IMG/VR virus record: IMGVR_UViG_3300009678_000029 | Location: 1-42,544 of that record | Source: a virus | Direction: 5' to 3' (one strand) | Length of the DNA: 42,544 bases | Part shown: positions 21,669-30,369 of the stretch, piece by piece | How positions within the stretch are numbered: position 1 is the stretch's first letter | Layout of the letters: every line of letters starts with the position of its first letter | Notes under the pieces: generated by a model | Databases searched by the model: none | Told to the model about the DNA's origin: nothing | What the model saw: the letters and a program-made list of their open reading frames with translations, nothing else | Program-made: the position numbers and the translations under genes

Positions 21669-22094
21669 CTAACGAAGCGGGAAGGCGTCGGTGATCGTGA
21701 GCGAGAAGTCGTCCACGTCCGCGAGCCAGTCCATCATCAGCCGGAACGCCACCTGACTTGCGACTACGGCCTGCTTCAGCACATCGTGCGCGCCCGTATC
21801 TTCGTCGGTCGGCACCTTCACCATACCGCGCCGCAGCCCGACGCCCACGCAGCCGCGCACATCCTCCTCGGTGTTGGCTGGGTGAAACAGAATGCGCGAG
21901 CGGCCGGGGATGCCCGTGATCTCGAAGGCTTCGTAGCCGTGCTTGTAGTAGATCGTGCGGCGACAGAGGTAGACGCCGGCGGGGAAGATGTCTTCGTCGT
22001 CCTCCATCGTGCACAGCGCGCGATGCTCGGGGATCGTGAGGAGTCCGAACACGCCGTCCCTCGTGCGCTCGGTGCGCCGGAGCGTCACGTTCAT
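21669..22094 (-). CDS. Putative endolysin, DUF5675-like (YkuD-like His/Cys signature)
   Basis: ATG at 22094 overlaps the upstream stop. GVFGLLTI...CTMEDD...PAGVY...SRILFHPANTEEDVRGCVGVG. Lies between membrane proteins. Confidence 0.5.
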   Translation of the reverse strand: MNVTLRRTERTRDGVFGLLTIPEHRALCTMEDDEDIFPAGVYLCRRTIYYKHGYEAFEITGIPGRSRILFHPANTEEDVRGCVGVGLRRGMVKVPTDEDTGAHDVLKQAVVASQVAFRLMMDWLADVDDFSLTITDAFPLR

Positions 22095-22402
22095 TCGACC
22101 ACCGCTGGGACATTGGGATCGGAGGCGCGGCGCCCCGGCGCCTCGCCGGCCACGACCTTCGCCGTGGCCGCTCGTTCCCTGACTCCCCGCAGGCCATCCG
22201 CGACCTGACCACCCGTGAGCGGCGCGACGCACGCCGCGACCATGATGCCCACCAGCGTCTCGTTCACGTCGCGGGCCATGAACACGACCCAGACCGTCGC
22301 GATCCCGGCGAGCGTCGCAAGGCCGACGCTGACAAAGCCACGCACGCGCCCATAGTTGATCACGCCCTTTTCGTCGGCGACCAACGTGCTCCAGCGGATC
22401 AT
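22091..22402 (-). CDS. Holin-like membrane protein (103 aa, 2 TM segments)
   Basis: ATG at 22402 overlaps the upstream stop. FVSVGLATLAGIATVWVVF and LVGIMVAACVAPL. Confidence 0.55.
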   Translation of the reverse strand: MIRWSTLVADEKGVINYGRVRGFVSVGLATLAGIATVWVVFMARDVNETLVGIMVAACVAPLTGGQVADGLRGVRERAATAKVVAGEAPGRRASDPNVPAVVE

Positions 22403-22893
22403 GGCGTCGCCTTGAGCAAGGGAATGATGACGCTCCCCGCGACGAACAGCAGCAGCGTTACCCCGAGACCGATGGCCCACCGCTGGGCCTGCCGCGCCGC
22501 GTCGAGCGCGTCGTCGCGGCCGCTCATGCCGCTGCGCGATTCGCGCAACCCTCCAACATCCTTCTTGATCTCGTCAATCTTCTCGTCCTGGGCGTCGAAT
22601 CGCTGCTCCGCTTCGGCTCGGCGCAGCATCTCGTTGCTCATGACCTTGTTCTGATCGTCGAGCTGGCCGCGGAACTCGTTGGAGCGCACGTTGTAATCGC
22701 GCTGCGCATCCTCGGCTTTGACGATGGCCTTTTCGCTGGAGGCGAACGCGGCGTTGGTCAACTTCTCTTGCGCCGCGAGCGCCGCATAGACCGCGGTCTC
22801 CTGCGCCTTGAAACGGTCCTCGTATCGCCGGTCGCGCTCGTCCATGATCCGCTCGAGGTACTCGCGCAACCGGACTTCCTGGGCGTGGGTCAT
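22399..22893 (-). CDS. Coiled-coil protein with a C-terminal membrane anchor (164 aa), lysis cassette
   Basis: The internal ATG at 22893 of ORF 22399..23046. Charged helical repeats, then WAIGLGVTLLLFVAGSVIIPLL. Confidence 0.6.
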   Translation of the reverse strand: MTHAQEVRLREYLERIMDERDRRYEDRFKAQETAVYAALAAQEKLTNAAFASSEKAIVKAEDAQRDYNVRSNEFRGQLDDQNKVMSNEMLRRAEAEQRFDAQDEKIDEIKKDVGGLRESRSGMSGRDDALDAARQAQRWAIGLGVTLLLFVAGSVIIPLLKATP

Positions 22894-22904
22894 GCCGTTC
22901 TGAC

Positions 22905-23210
22905 TCACCGGCAGATCTTCCACAGAGCGCCGGCCGCGAGCGCGGCCCCGACGACATCCGCCACCAGGTCGCGATACGAAAACTGGTCGGTAAGCCAGGG
23001 CCACGGCTGGGGACGCCCCTTCCCGTCCCAGCGCCAGAACCGCCAAAGCTCCACGAGCTCGACCCCGACCGCGGCGATGCCGAACAGCCCGAGCAGCACG
23101 AGGAACGACGCCCGCGTGAGCGCCGCGAGCATCGTCCAGGTGACGAACGCCCAGACGATGTGCTCGAGCTTGTCCAGTGCCAGGAAGCGGTCATCGGCGA
23201 ACAGCTTCAT
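22905..23210 (-). CDS. Membrane protein (101 aa), first gene after late leader B
   Basis: GGGAGG lies 4 nt before ATG 23210. TM segments IVWAFVTWTMLAAL, FLVLLGLFGIAAVGV and VVGAALAAGALW. Confidence 0.6.
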   Translation of the reverse strand: MKLFADDRFLALDKLEHIVWAFVTWTMLAALTRASFLVLLGLFGIAAVGVELVELWRFWRWDGKGRPQPWPWLTDQFSYRDLVADVVGAALAAGALWKICR

Positions 23211-23228
23211 CGGCCTCCCAGGAATGCG

Positions 23229-23267
23229 AAAAGGGCCCCCGCCCAGGAGTTACCTGAGCAGGGGCCC
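23229..23267 (-). terminator. Hairpin plus short U-tract of late leader B
   Basis: Minus strand: GGGCCCC...CAGG-TAACT-CCTG...GGGGCCC followed by TTTTCG. Same architecture as 5865-5910. Confidence 0.5.
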
Positions 23268-23324
23268 CTCGCCGATCGTCCGACTCGACCTAGAGCCTTC
23301 GATGCTAGGCTAAGAATATAGCGA
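23264..23324 (-). promoter_or_regulatory. Late leader element, copy B: TCGCTATATTC box, AGGCTCTAGGTCG box, TCGGCGAGGGGC
   Basis: Same three blocks as 5904-5966, in the same order, with spacing within 3 nt. Confidence 0.5.
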
Positions 23325-23393
23325 ATCGAATTAACCCCGGCGCGCTGCTTCCCCGAGTAGCGCCTGGCGCGGCGCCGCCATAGTGTCTATCCC

Positions 23394-23708
23394 ATGCGCA
23401 CGATCACAGTCTTCCTGGTCACGCTTCTTCTCCTGGCCGCCCCTCTCTCAGCGCAGCAGCCGCCTCGCTGGGAATACGGCCGTCTGGCACTCAGTGGTGG
23501 TGTGCCGGTTGGCTGGAGTGCTGGCGACAGTTCAGGCAATGCCCGCGCGCTCATTCAATCCGTCGAGGATCGCGAGCGGAGTGGGACGAAGCGGAACACC
23601 GACATTGTCGTCGGAGTGTTGAACGAACTCAGTGAGCAGGGATGGGAGTTGGTTCAAGCAGATGTACAGTTTGTTGGATTCATCTTCCGACGTCCGAGGC
23701 AGCAATGA
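23394..23708 (+). CDS. Secreted DUF4177-like protein (104 aa)
   Basis: Signal peptide MRTITVFLVTLLLLAAPLSAQ; WEYGRL...VLNELSEQGWELV pattern; plus strand; no obvious SD. Confidence 0.6.
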   Translation: MRTITVFLVTLLLLAAPLSAQQPPRWEYGRLALSGGVPVGWSAGDSSGNARALIQSVEDRERSGTKRNTDIVVGVLNELSEQGWELVQADVQFVGFIFRRPRQQ

Positions 23709-24214
23709 ATCGCTCTCTACTCATCATCGCCCTGGCACTGATCACCGCCTGCGGCGATCCGACAGCCGGTGCCAAGCCGCGGGGTGATCCGTTCACGGTC
23801 ATCGTGACGCATGCCCACTTCACGGACACGCTTGTGCAGCAGTACAACTTCTTTGCGATGGTCTTCGATCATGGAGCAACCTCTCCATTCGAAGTCACGT
23901 GGGGGGGCATCGACTCAACCCAATCCGCGAACGGGTTCACCACGTGCTTTAGCATGGGCGCTGACAGCTTAGGCTCACGCCTTGCGTATTTCGAACTCCG
24001 CTCTGCCTTTCCCTCCGCTGTCGGCGACACGCTCCAGAGTGACACGCTGGACATTGCCGCGATCCCCAGCGCGGATTCTGCCAACGGCTACGGACAGACG
24101 TACAACAAACCCTACTATTGGCACTGGTACATCGCCAACGATTCGAACGTGGTCCGCGGCGATACCACCCGCTTCCAGATTACGCCGGACCCCGCCACGA
24201 TTTGCCGCTTCTAA
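23705..24214 (+). CDS. Lipoprotein (169 aa), moron cargo
   Basis: ATG 23705 overlaps the upstream TGA (ATGA). MNRSLLIIALALITAC with lipobox ITAC. Confidence 0.65.
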   Translation: MNRSLLIIALALITACGDPTAGAKPRGDPFTVIVTHAHFTDTLVQQYNFFAMVFDHGATSPFEVTWGGIDSTQSANGFTTCFSMGADSLGSRLAYFELRSAFPSAVGDTLQSDTLDIAAIPSADSANGYGQTYNKPYYWHWYIANDSNVVRGDTTRFQITPDPATICRF

Positions 24215-24402
24215 AGCGGCGTCTCGTTCTCATCAACGAGGGACGCGCAGATGTCCAGCCGGTCGCCGAGTTTCGTCTTTTGCGCTGCCGTGAGGGTCAG
24301 TCCCGCTTGCCCGTCGGCGGGGACAACGAAGGCGACTGCGTGCTCGCGCCCGCCTGCGGTTGGAGCGACGACCAGGGTGATCTTGAGTTCCTTGATCGGC
24401 AT
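24211..24402 (-). CDS. Hypothetical protein (63 aa), last gene of the structural operon
   Basis: ORF track; follows the fibre gene. Confidence 0.45.
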   Translation of the reverse strand: MPIKELKITLVVAPTAGGREHAVAFVVPADGQAGLTLTAAQKTKLGDRLDICASLVDENETPL

Positions 24403-24407
24403 GTGCC

Positions 24408-25796
24408 CTACTCCTTGTGGTCCATGAGGAAATAGCTAATCCATTGCCCATTATTGACGTTAAGATTGGTGCCCTGCGTCTGCGCGACCAGGCACTCGTA
24501 GTAGTCGCCCGCAACCGGCGCATTGTCGGTCACCTTGACTTGCTGGCGGGTCTCGATCGTGTTGGTGCCGTTCCGCGTGTCCTCGGCGAGAATCGTGGTG
24601 CCGTTCTTCCGAATCACGACGCGGCGGTAGCCCGTGGTGCCGGCAGCCCATTCGATCTGCGCGAGCAGTTGTACGACCCCGCGATTGGCTGCTGCTGAGG
24701 TGACGGTCAGTCGTTGATTGTTGGTGGCGTTGTCGTGAATCCCGCCGATGTCGTAGGCTTCCGTATCCCAGTCCATCGGCGTGAGCGCGGCCTGGCTCGT
24801 GATTGCTTTCGCGGCCGAGCGGTAGACGTGACATCGCTGCTTGGACGGGATGCGAAACACCTGCGCGGCATCGACCTTGAATGTACCGGTGTCGTCGCTG
24901 AACGAGCCGGGAAACTCGTGGATGATGATGATGTAGCGCGTTGTGGTCTGCAGCACCACCCCGCCGTAGAGCTGGAAGGTCGCGACCGCGCCCGTGTTGA
25001 CCTTGCTTGCGATCGTCGTGCGCTGGATGAGCGACTTGGCTGAGTCGTACTCCTCGACCTTCAGCGCGTAGGTGCCGGCGAGCAGGCCGATGTTGACCTT
25101 GACCGTTCCCCAGACCTCGTCGAGCGGCTGCACGGGCAGATACAGCGGGCCCCCGTCCGTCGAATCGTCGACATCAGTTTGGCGATCGCATTGCTGCACG
25201 CGCGACGTTGTCCCAACTCCACCAATCGTGATCTTGAGACTCTTCGCGCCCTCAATCGGACTCGCTGTGATGGCCTCCATCGTGTGGGCACCGCCCGACG
25301 CGCTCGACACGCGCCAGTTCGTGACCCCCTGCTCGTAGTCGCCGTTGACAGCGGCGTTCGTCCCGACTTCGGTGACCTGTTTGATGACATCCGGGGCGAG
25401 GGTCGGCGACGTTACGATCAGCGGATAGATGCTCGCCGTGCCTCCATTGATCGACGCCGCGAGAACGTCCTTCGGAATGAGCGCCGGCAGCGCGCTCACC
25501 GAGTTGCTCCACGCCCCCTCTCCGACATCGGGGCCTTTGTGCCGCCAGCGGTAGTGCCAGCGCGCGCCCGTGGCCGGGGTCTGATCAACGAACGGCGCAC
25601 CGGCGGCGGGAAGCGGCGGGAGGTTATCGACGAGCGTTGCCCAGGTGCCTGGGGACCCCCCGCTATCGGGCGCCCGCTGCACCTCCGACGCACCTTTCCA
25701 TATCCGGCCCGTGGCCGCATCGCGCCCCGGCACGAGCGTGAGCGCAATCCCGATGAGTTGGACGCGGAACGGCGTCGTCGATGGGAGGACGGCCAT
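24408..25796 (-). CDS. Tail fibre / receptor-binding protein with FN3-like N-terminus and a carbohydrate-binding-like domain
   Basis: 462 aa. ...RWHYRWRHKG...GAWSNSV (FN3-like), NGDYEQGVTNWRV...GAKSLKITIGG (CBM-like). Lies downstream of the tail tip gene. Confidence 0.7.
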   Translation of the reverse strand: MAVLPSTTPFRVQLIGIALTLVPGRDAATGRIWKGASEVQRAPDSGGSPGTWATLVDNLPPLPAAGAPFVDQTPATGARWHYRWRHKGPDVGEGAWSNSVSALPALIPKDVLAASINGGTASIYPLIVTSPTLAPDVIKQVTEVGTNAAVNGDYEQGVTNWRVSSASGGAHTMEAITASPIEGAKSLKITIGGVGTTSRVQQCDRQTDVDDSTDGGPLYLPVQPLDEVWGTVKVNIGLLAGTYALKVEEYDSAKSLIQRTTIASKVNTGAVATFQLYGGVVLQTTTRYIIIIHEFPGSFSDDTGTFKVDAAQVFRIPSKQRCHVYRSAAKAITSQAALTPMDWDTEAYDIGGIHDNATNNQRLTVTSAAANRGVVQLLAQIEWAAGTTGYRRVVIRKNGTTILAEDTRNGTNTIETRQQVKVTDNAPVAGDYYECLVAQTQGTNLNVNNGQWISYFLMDHKE

Positions 25797-25799
25797 CGC

Positions 25800-28667
25800 C
25801 TACGGCTCCCCGATTAAGACCGTGATCCCGCCCGTGTCGGGTGCGACCGTCGTGACTCCTGTGGTCGCGATGTCCACCGTCACTTCGGCTGATACCGAGC
25901 CATCGAGCGCAACGTGCCGGAGGCCCACGCGGTAGGTGGTGGACGCAACGAGCACGGTGCCGTCGATGTCGCCCGGGATGTTGAAGAACGTCGAGCCCGG
26001 CAGCGCGCGCCCGATCACGATCCGCGGATCCGTGGTGGGCGTAGCCAGCAGGATCTCCGTCATGAGGTCCGCGTCGCCCGCCGTCCAGCTGACGCGGAAA
26101 CTTTTCGCGGTTTGCAGCGAGCCCGCCGGCGCGCTCGGGGCGGCGATCGTCGCGAGGTCCACACGTCCCGTCCCGCCGGCGAGCGCCCACGCCGACGGCA
26201 GCTTCAGCTGCTTCAGACTCGCGGGCACCGTGCGCCCGCGAAACCAGACGCGTTGCCCTGCGGGGATCTGCGTGACCGTCACGTCGCCCGCCATCCGTAG
26301 CAGAAAGCCCGCGGAGGTCCACAGCGCACTCGCCTCGGCCGGCGCCGAGCCGGTGGCCGTGTCGGTGACGGCGTAATGCACCTCTACGGGCTCGCTCGAG
26401 GCGTTGAGTGTCACGGTTGTCGAGGCCCCATGCCGGGTGTTGCCCGCCATCTGCACCGGCTGCGCGAGCGACGGCACGCTCGCTACGATGTTCACCGCAA
26501 CATCGAGGAACCGCAGATTGATGTCGACGCCATCCTCGGACGGCTCGAGGCAGCGCATCAGCCGCACCCCGCCGCGGAGGTGCGTCGCGGGATCGGGCAG
26601 GGCGTCGACATCGACGAGTCGGAGGTCGCCCGGCTTCGCGTTCGTGTTCGCCGTGCGGCGGCACTGGAGGACCGCCTTCTGCCCACCGAAGCCCCAGGGC
26701 TGGCGCAGGTGCTGCGTGAAGCCGTAGAGCTTGTCTTCGACCCAGCGCGCACGGACGAGGCCGTCGATCGTCGGGTCGCCGGCCATGAACCGCGCGCCGC
26801 GAGCGTTAATCGCCACGACCGTGTCGGCGAGCTGCGCGGCCCCGAGGTCGAGCACGCTCAGCGGATGTTCGATCTGGGCAATCAGCGCGTTCGCGATGAC
26901 CGGGCCCCCGCTGGGCCCGAAGTCCGGTGAGGCGAGGAAATCCGCCGGCGCGATGGCGATGTCTTCGTAGTAGGTCACGTCCGCCCGCGCGATCGCCGAG
27001 TCGCGGGTCTGCTCCCACACGGCGTTGCCCGGGACTTCGACGAGATCTGCGTCGGTAATCGTCAGGATTCCGCCGAGCGATGTCGGCAGCCGCAGGTCGA
27101 CGGGCACGACCTTCCCGTCGGCGTCCAAGTAATAGCCCAGCTGGTAGGGCTGGCAGATCGCCGACTCAATGAACGCCGACATCGACTCCGGGCCGGTGAT
27201 GACAAAGCGCACCTTCGGAAAGCTGAGGTCGGCGATCAGGATCGCGAACTTCGCGGTGTCATAGGCGACGGTGCGCACCGGATCCCCGGGGCTCTGGCCC
27301 ACCGGCACCGCCTCGGCGCGGCGCCAGAGGCGACTATAGTGCCCGTCGTAGATGTCCTTCCAGAGTTGCACCGGGTGGATGTCGTTGATGAGCAGGGGAT
27401 TGGTCTTCGAGACCGGCGCGTCGCCCACGAGCGTCAGCTCCACGCTCGTCGTGTTGGGCGGCATCTTCATGAACCCGGGCTCGCCCACCACGGAGAGGGC
27501 TTCGTTATCGGCCACCGCCACCGTGAGCCCGGGCTCGAGCGAGAGTGTCGCCTGACCGCTGCCATTGGAGTTCGCGTCCGCCTGCACCGTGTAGTGCCGC
27601 GTGTGCCCCGTGAAGCGGACCAGGTCGCCCGCCTTCACGATCCCCGTGATCGAGATCGTCCAGCCATCCGTGGCGATCACCTTCGTGCCGATCACGTAGC
27701 CGCCGCCGTTGTTCACAAGCGGGGTGCCCGTCGCAACGCCGGCGGGCGGGCGGAGCTCGGTCAGGACCACCGCCTCGATCGAGCGCAGCCGGCCGCCGCG
27801 GATCGTGGGCGACATGTTCATGAAGCCGACTCGGAATTCCCCCTGCTGGCCGGTGTCGAGACGCTTCAGGATGCCGCGCATCCGCGACCGATCGTCCGGG
27901 ATGGAATTCGGGATGTAGAGCGTGCCGCTGGGATTCGTGATGCGGGCAGGCCCGTTGCCGAGCTGGAACATGTTGTCCGAGACGACATTATCGAGGCGGC
28001 TCACCGACGCGGCGCTGAGCCGGACGCCCGCCACCTGGTAGCTCAGGCCCTGGAACGTGACGGTCGTGTTCTGAACGACGGTGCCAGCGAGCGGCGTGAC
28101 GGCCGGCTGGACGCCGTAGGGCTTCGTGATCCCGATGGGCAGCAGGGCGCTGATGGCGCCGGCGGCGTCGAGATGTGGGCGGCCGACGAAGACCTTGTAG
28201 CGGAGTTCCTGGGCGCGGTCCCTGGTGGCGAGCTCAAACTGCAGCTTGCTGTTGAGGCGCGCGGTGTGAATGGAGCCGGTCCAGAAAGAGGACCACGTCG
28301 CGCCGTCGTTGAGGCTCTCCTCGACGAAGACGCGGAGCCCCATCCAGGCGGGGTTCCCGTTCACGTCGCCGAGGAATGCGGTGACCCAGCGGACGAGGTT
28401 CGACCCCCCGGCGGTGGTGCGCTGGTCAACGATGCTGAACGCGAGCTCGCCCGTATCTAGGTGTTTCGACAGCGGGTCCAGGCGGCCGCGGCGGCCGCGC
28501 GGGGGGAGGAGGTAGGGCTTCCAGCCAGCCAGGCTCGGGTGCGTCGTGACGCGGAAGGGGTCCGAGTGGGCGGCGCCGGCGGCGGGCGTCAGGACGGTGA
28601 GCTCGGCGGGATCGGTCGCCCGGGGAGCGCGGACTTCAAGGCGGTAATGCGGGCGGTAGCTCGCCAC
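25800..28667 (-). CDS. Large tail tip / host-specificity protein (955 aa)
   Basis: Size and position after the tape measure and distal tail protein; C-terminal FN3-like segment (FRVSWTAGDADL...TYRVGLRHV). Confidence 0.75.
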   Translation of the reverse strand: MASYRPHYRLEVRAPRATDPAELTVLTPAAGAAHSDPFRVTTHPSLAGWKPYLLPPRGRRGRLDPLSKHLDTGELAFSIVDQRTTAGGSNLVRWVTAFLGDVNGNPAWMGLRVFVEESLNDGATWSSFWTGSIHTARLNSKLQFELATRDRAQELRYKVFVGRPHLDAAGAISALLPIGITKPYGVQPAVTPLAGTVVQNTTVTFQGLSYQVAGVRLSAASVSRLDNVVSDNMFQLGNGPARITNPSGTLYIPNSIPDDRSRMRGILKRLDTGQQGEFRVGFMNMSPTIRGGRLRSIEAVVLTELRPPAGVATGTPLVNNGGGYVIGTKVIATDGWTISITGIVKAGDLVRFTGHTRHYTVQADANSNGSGQATLSLEPGLTVAVADNEALSVVGEPGFMKMPPNTTSVELTLVGDAPVSKTNPLLINDIHPVQLWKDIYDGHYSRLWRRAEAVPVGQSPGDPVRTVAYDTAKFAILIADLSFPKVRFVITGPESMSAFIESAICQPYQLGYYLDADGKVVPVDLRLPTSLGGILTITDADLVEVPGNAVWEQTRDSAIARADVTYYEDIAIAPADFLASPDFGPSGGPVIANALIAQIEHPLSVLDLGAAQLADTVVAINARGARFMAGDPTIDGLVRARWVEDKLYGFTQHLRQPWGFGGQKAVLQCRRTANTNAKPGDLRLVDVDALPDPATHLRGGVRLMRCLEPSEDGVDINLRFLDVAVNIVASVPSLAQPVQMAGNTRHGASTTVTLNASSEPVEVHYAVTDTATGSAPAEASALWTSAGFLLRMAGDVTVTQIPAGQRVWFRGRTVPASLKQLKLPSAWALAGGTGRVDLATIAAPSAPAGSLQTAKSFRVSWTAGDADLMTEILLATPTTDPRIVIGRALPGSTFFNIPGDIDGTVLVASTTYRVGLRHVALDGSVSAEVTVDIATTGVTTVAPDTGGITVLIGEP

Positions 28668-28668
28668 G

Positions 28669-30369
28669 CTAGAGGGCCAGCATCTCGCCGAGGGTACGGA
28701 GCTTCGAGGCGATCTTCAGGTCGAGGAGGACGCCGTAGAGCGGATCTGCCCCGCTTGAGACACAGCCAATACGAAGCGTCTGCGTACCGAAGGCCGAAAA
28801 TGCCGCAGCCGTTGTTCCGAACGCTCCAAAACCTGCGCCTACGTCAAGGCGCGATTGCCCAGCCGTGGTAAGGTTCTTGAATTGCGCGCAAAGCGTCTGC
28901 TGGACCCCAGCGGGGATGGCCAGAAAGGCGTCCCCATCCGCTCCAGGTGTGATGATGTCGGCATGATAGAACCGGGAGTTGCCCGTGCCGTATAACCGCA
29001 ACTGGGGAGGGGTGGTAGACCCGATGTCAGCAATACCGGGATTCGTTACGATGTCCCCCACGGCATCGGCCCACACCGGCCGCGCCACCCGTGCGAGGAC
29101 GGTCAGGTCCATTGGACCCCAGTTGAACGGTACGGAGAGGCTATCCGCTGCCCGAGTGACTGCACTCGCGACCGTCTTGATGTAGGAGGACGAGAACACC
29201 GCCCGCTCGAATTGCGCGCCCCAGAGGTAGAGACCTTTCGCCGCGTCCCCGGTATAGTTGATCGCCCCCCCGTCGTCGTAGAGGTTCACCTGGAGGTGCC
29301 CGGACGTGACTCCCCCGTTGATCTTCCCTGCGACCTCCACCCGATACCAGCCGTTGCCAAGCGCCGTGATCTTGGCGTAGGCAGCCACCCCGGCACCGCC
29401 GACGGTCGGGGCGCTCACCGTTCCGGCTGTGAGGTTGAAATCCGCCGCGACCAGATTCGTCCCACTGATGTCGCCAATGTAGAGACGCCCCCGGAAGCGT
29501 CCACCATTCTTGATCTCCACTGCGCCGACCACCGCCTCACCGCTGGTGATCGTCATGGAGGTCTGGTAGATGTAGTGATTGGCGGCGGATGCGACTTCCA
29601 GCACATGGTCCGCGGTCGCGGTTCCGTCTGGTGCCGTGGTCGCGTTGGCCGTCACGGTGGTTTGCGATTTCGTCCACGTCGCGTTGTCGAACTCCTCGGA
29701 TCGCAGCGCGATGTTCGTGCGGCTTCCTTCGAGAAGGAGCCCCGGCGTTTCCCGAATCCCGTCCCCGTCGAGATCCACCCACTCGGTGCGCAGCACATTG
29801 GCCGCCACCGTCTCGATCGTCCCGTCGCGCTTGATTCGGGTCGCGCACGTGGTCGCGTCCGCACGCGTGAATGTGACCACAGTTGGATCGGTAAGACTCA
29901 TGCCTGCCTGGATCTGCAGCATGACGCCACGCAGCGCCTGGTGGAAATCCATCGTGGCGTTCCGGAGCTTGATGCGGACATTGCGCTTGATGTCCGCCGA
30001 GGGGTTACCGAACCCCTTGCGCGGTTCGACGAGATACACGTTGTCGATGTAGAAATCGGGGGCGGTGTCGTCCGGAATGAACCGCAGCGCGTTGGCGTCT
30101 CGCGCGTAGTCAAGGAACGCCTGCCAGCTCACGGCGCCGGAGAGCTGCGTCTGCACTGGCGCCGTGCCCGGGCCGTCGGGGATCCAGCGCACCTCGGCGT
30201 CGATCACATAGTCCCGGCCCGTGATCCACGCATCCTCGACACCGCTCGGCGCCTGGATGTGCTCGCTGCCCTCGCGCTCCTCGCGGTCCGTCACCAGGTC
30301 GAACAGTGGAAACCCGATGCGCAGCTCATTCTCAAAACCAGCGCCCCACAGCAGCTTGGAGATTGGCAT
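28669..30369 (-). CDS. Distal-tail-protein-position gene with an inserted lectin/LamG-like domain (566 aa)
   Basis: Immediately follows the tape measure (ATGA overlap at 30369). The motif TNIALRSEEFDNATWTKSQTTVTANATTAPDGTATADHV is common in phage fibre glycan-binding modules. Confidence 0.7.
   Translation of the reverse strand: MPISKLLWGAGFENELRIGFPLFDLVTDREEREGSEHIQAPSGVEDAWITGRDYVIDAEVRWIPDGPGTAPVQTQLSGAVSWQAFLDYARDANALRFIPDDTAPDFYIDNVYLVEPRKGFGNPSADIKRNVRIKLRNATMDFHQALRGVMLQIQAGMSLTDPTVVTFTRADATTCATRIKRDGTIETVAANVLRTEWVDLDGDGIRETPGLLLEGSRTNIALRSEEFDNATWTKSQTTVTANATTAPDGTATADHVLEVASAANHYIYQTSMTITSGEAVVGAVEIKNGGRFRGRLYIGDISGTNLVAADFNLTAGTVSAPTVGGAGVAAYAKITALGNGWYRVEVAGKINGGVTSGHLQVNLYDDGGAINYTGDAAKGLYLWGAQFERAVFSSSYIKTVASAVTRAADSLSVPFNWGPMDLTVLARVARPVWADAVGDIVTNPGIADIGSTTPPQLRLYGTGNSRFYHADIITPGADGDAFLAIPAGVQQTLCAQFKNLTTAGQSRLDVGAGFGAFGTTAAAFSAFGTQTLRIGCVSSGADPLYGVLLDLKIASKLRTLGEMLAL

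Noticed and set aside
21388-22212. Long alternative-frame minus-strand ORFs (also 25663-26664, 40987-41967, 15376-15783, 7466-8365)
   Set aside because: They overlap better-supported genes in another frame, are Arg/Gly/Pro/Ala-rich, and have no motifs.
24215-24245. Hairpin GCGTCTCGTT-CTCATC-AACGAGGGACGC as the terminator of the plus-strand moron
   Set aside because: No U-tract follows on the plus strand, and it lies inside the convergent 63-aa ORF. It may still slow transcription, but the evidence is too weak for a terminator call.
24408-30369. Diversity-generating retroelement targeting the fibre genes
   Set aside because: No reverse-transcriptase-like ORF occurs anywhere in the window, and I found no template/variable repeat pair.
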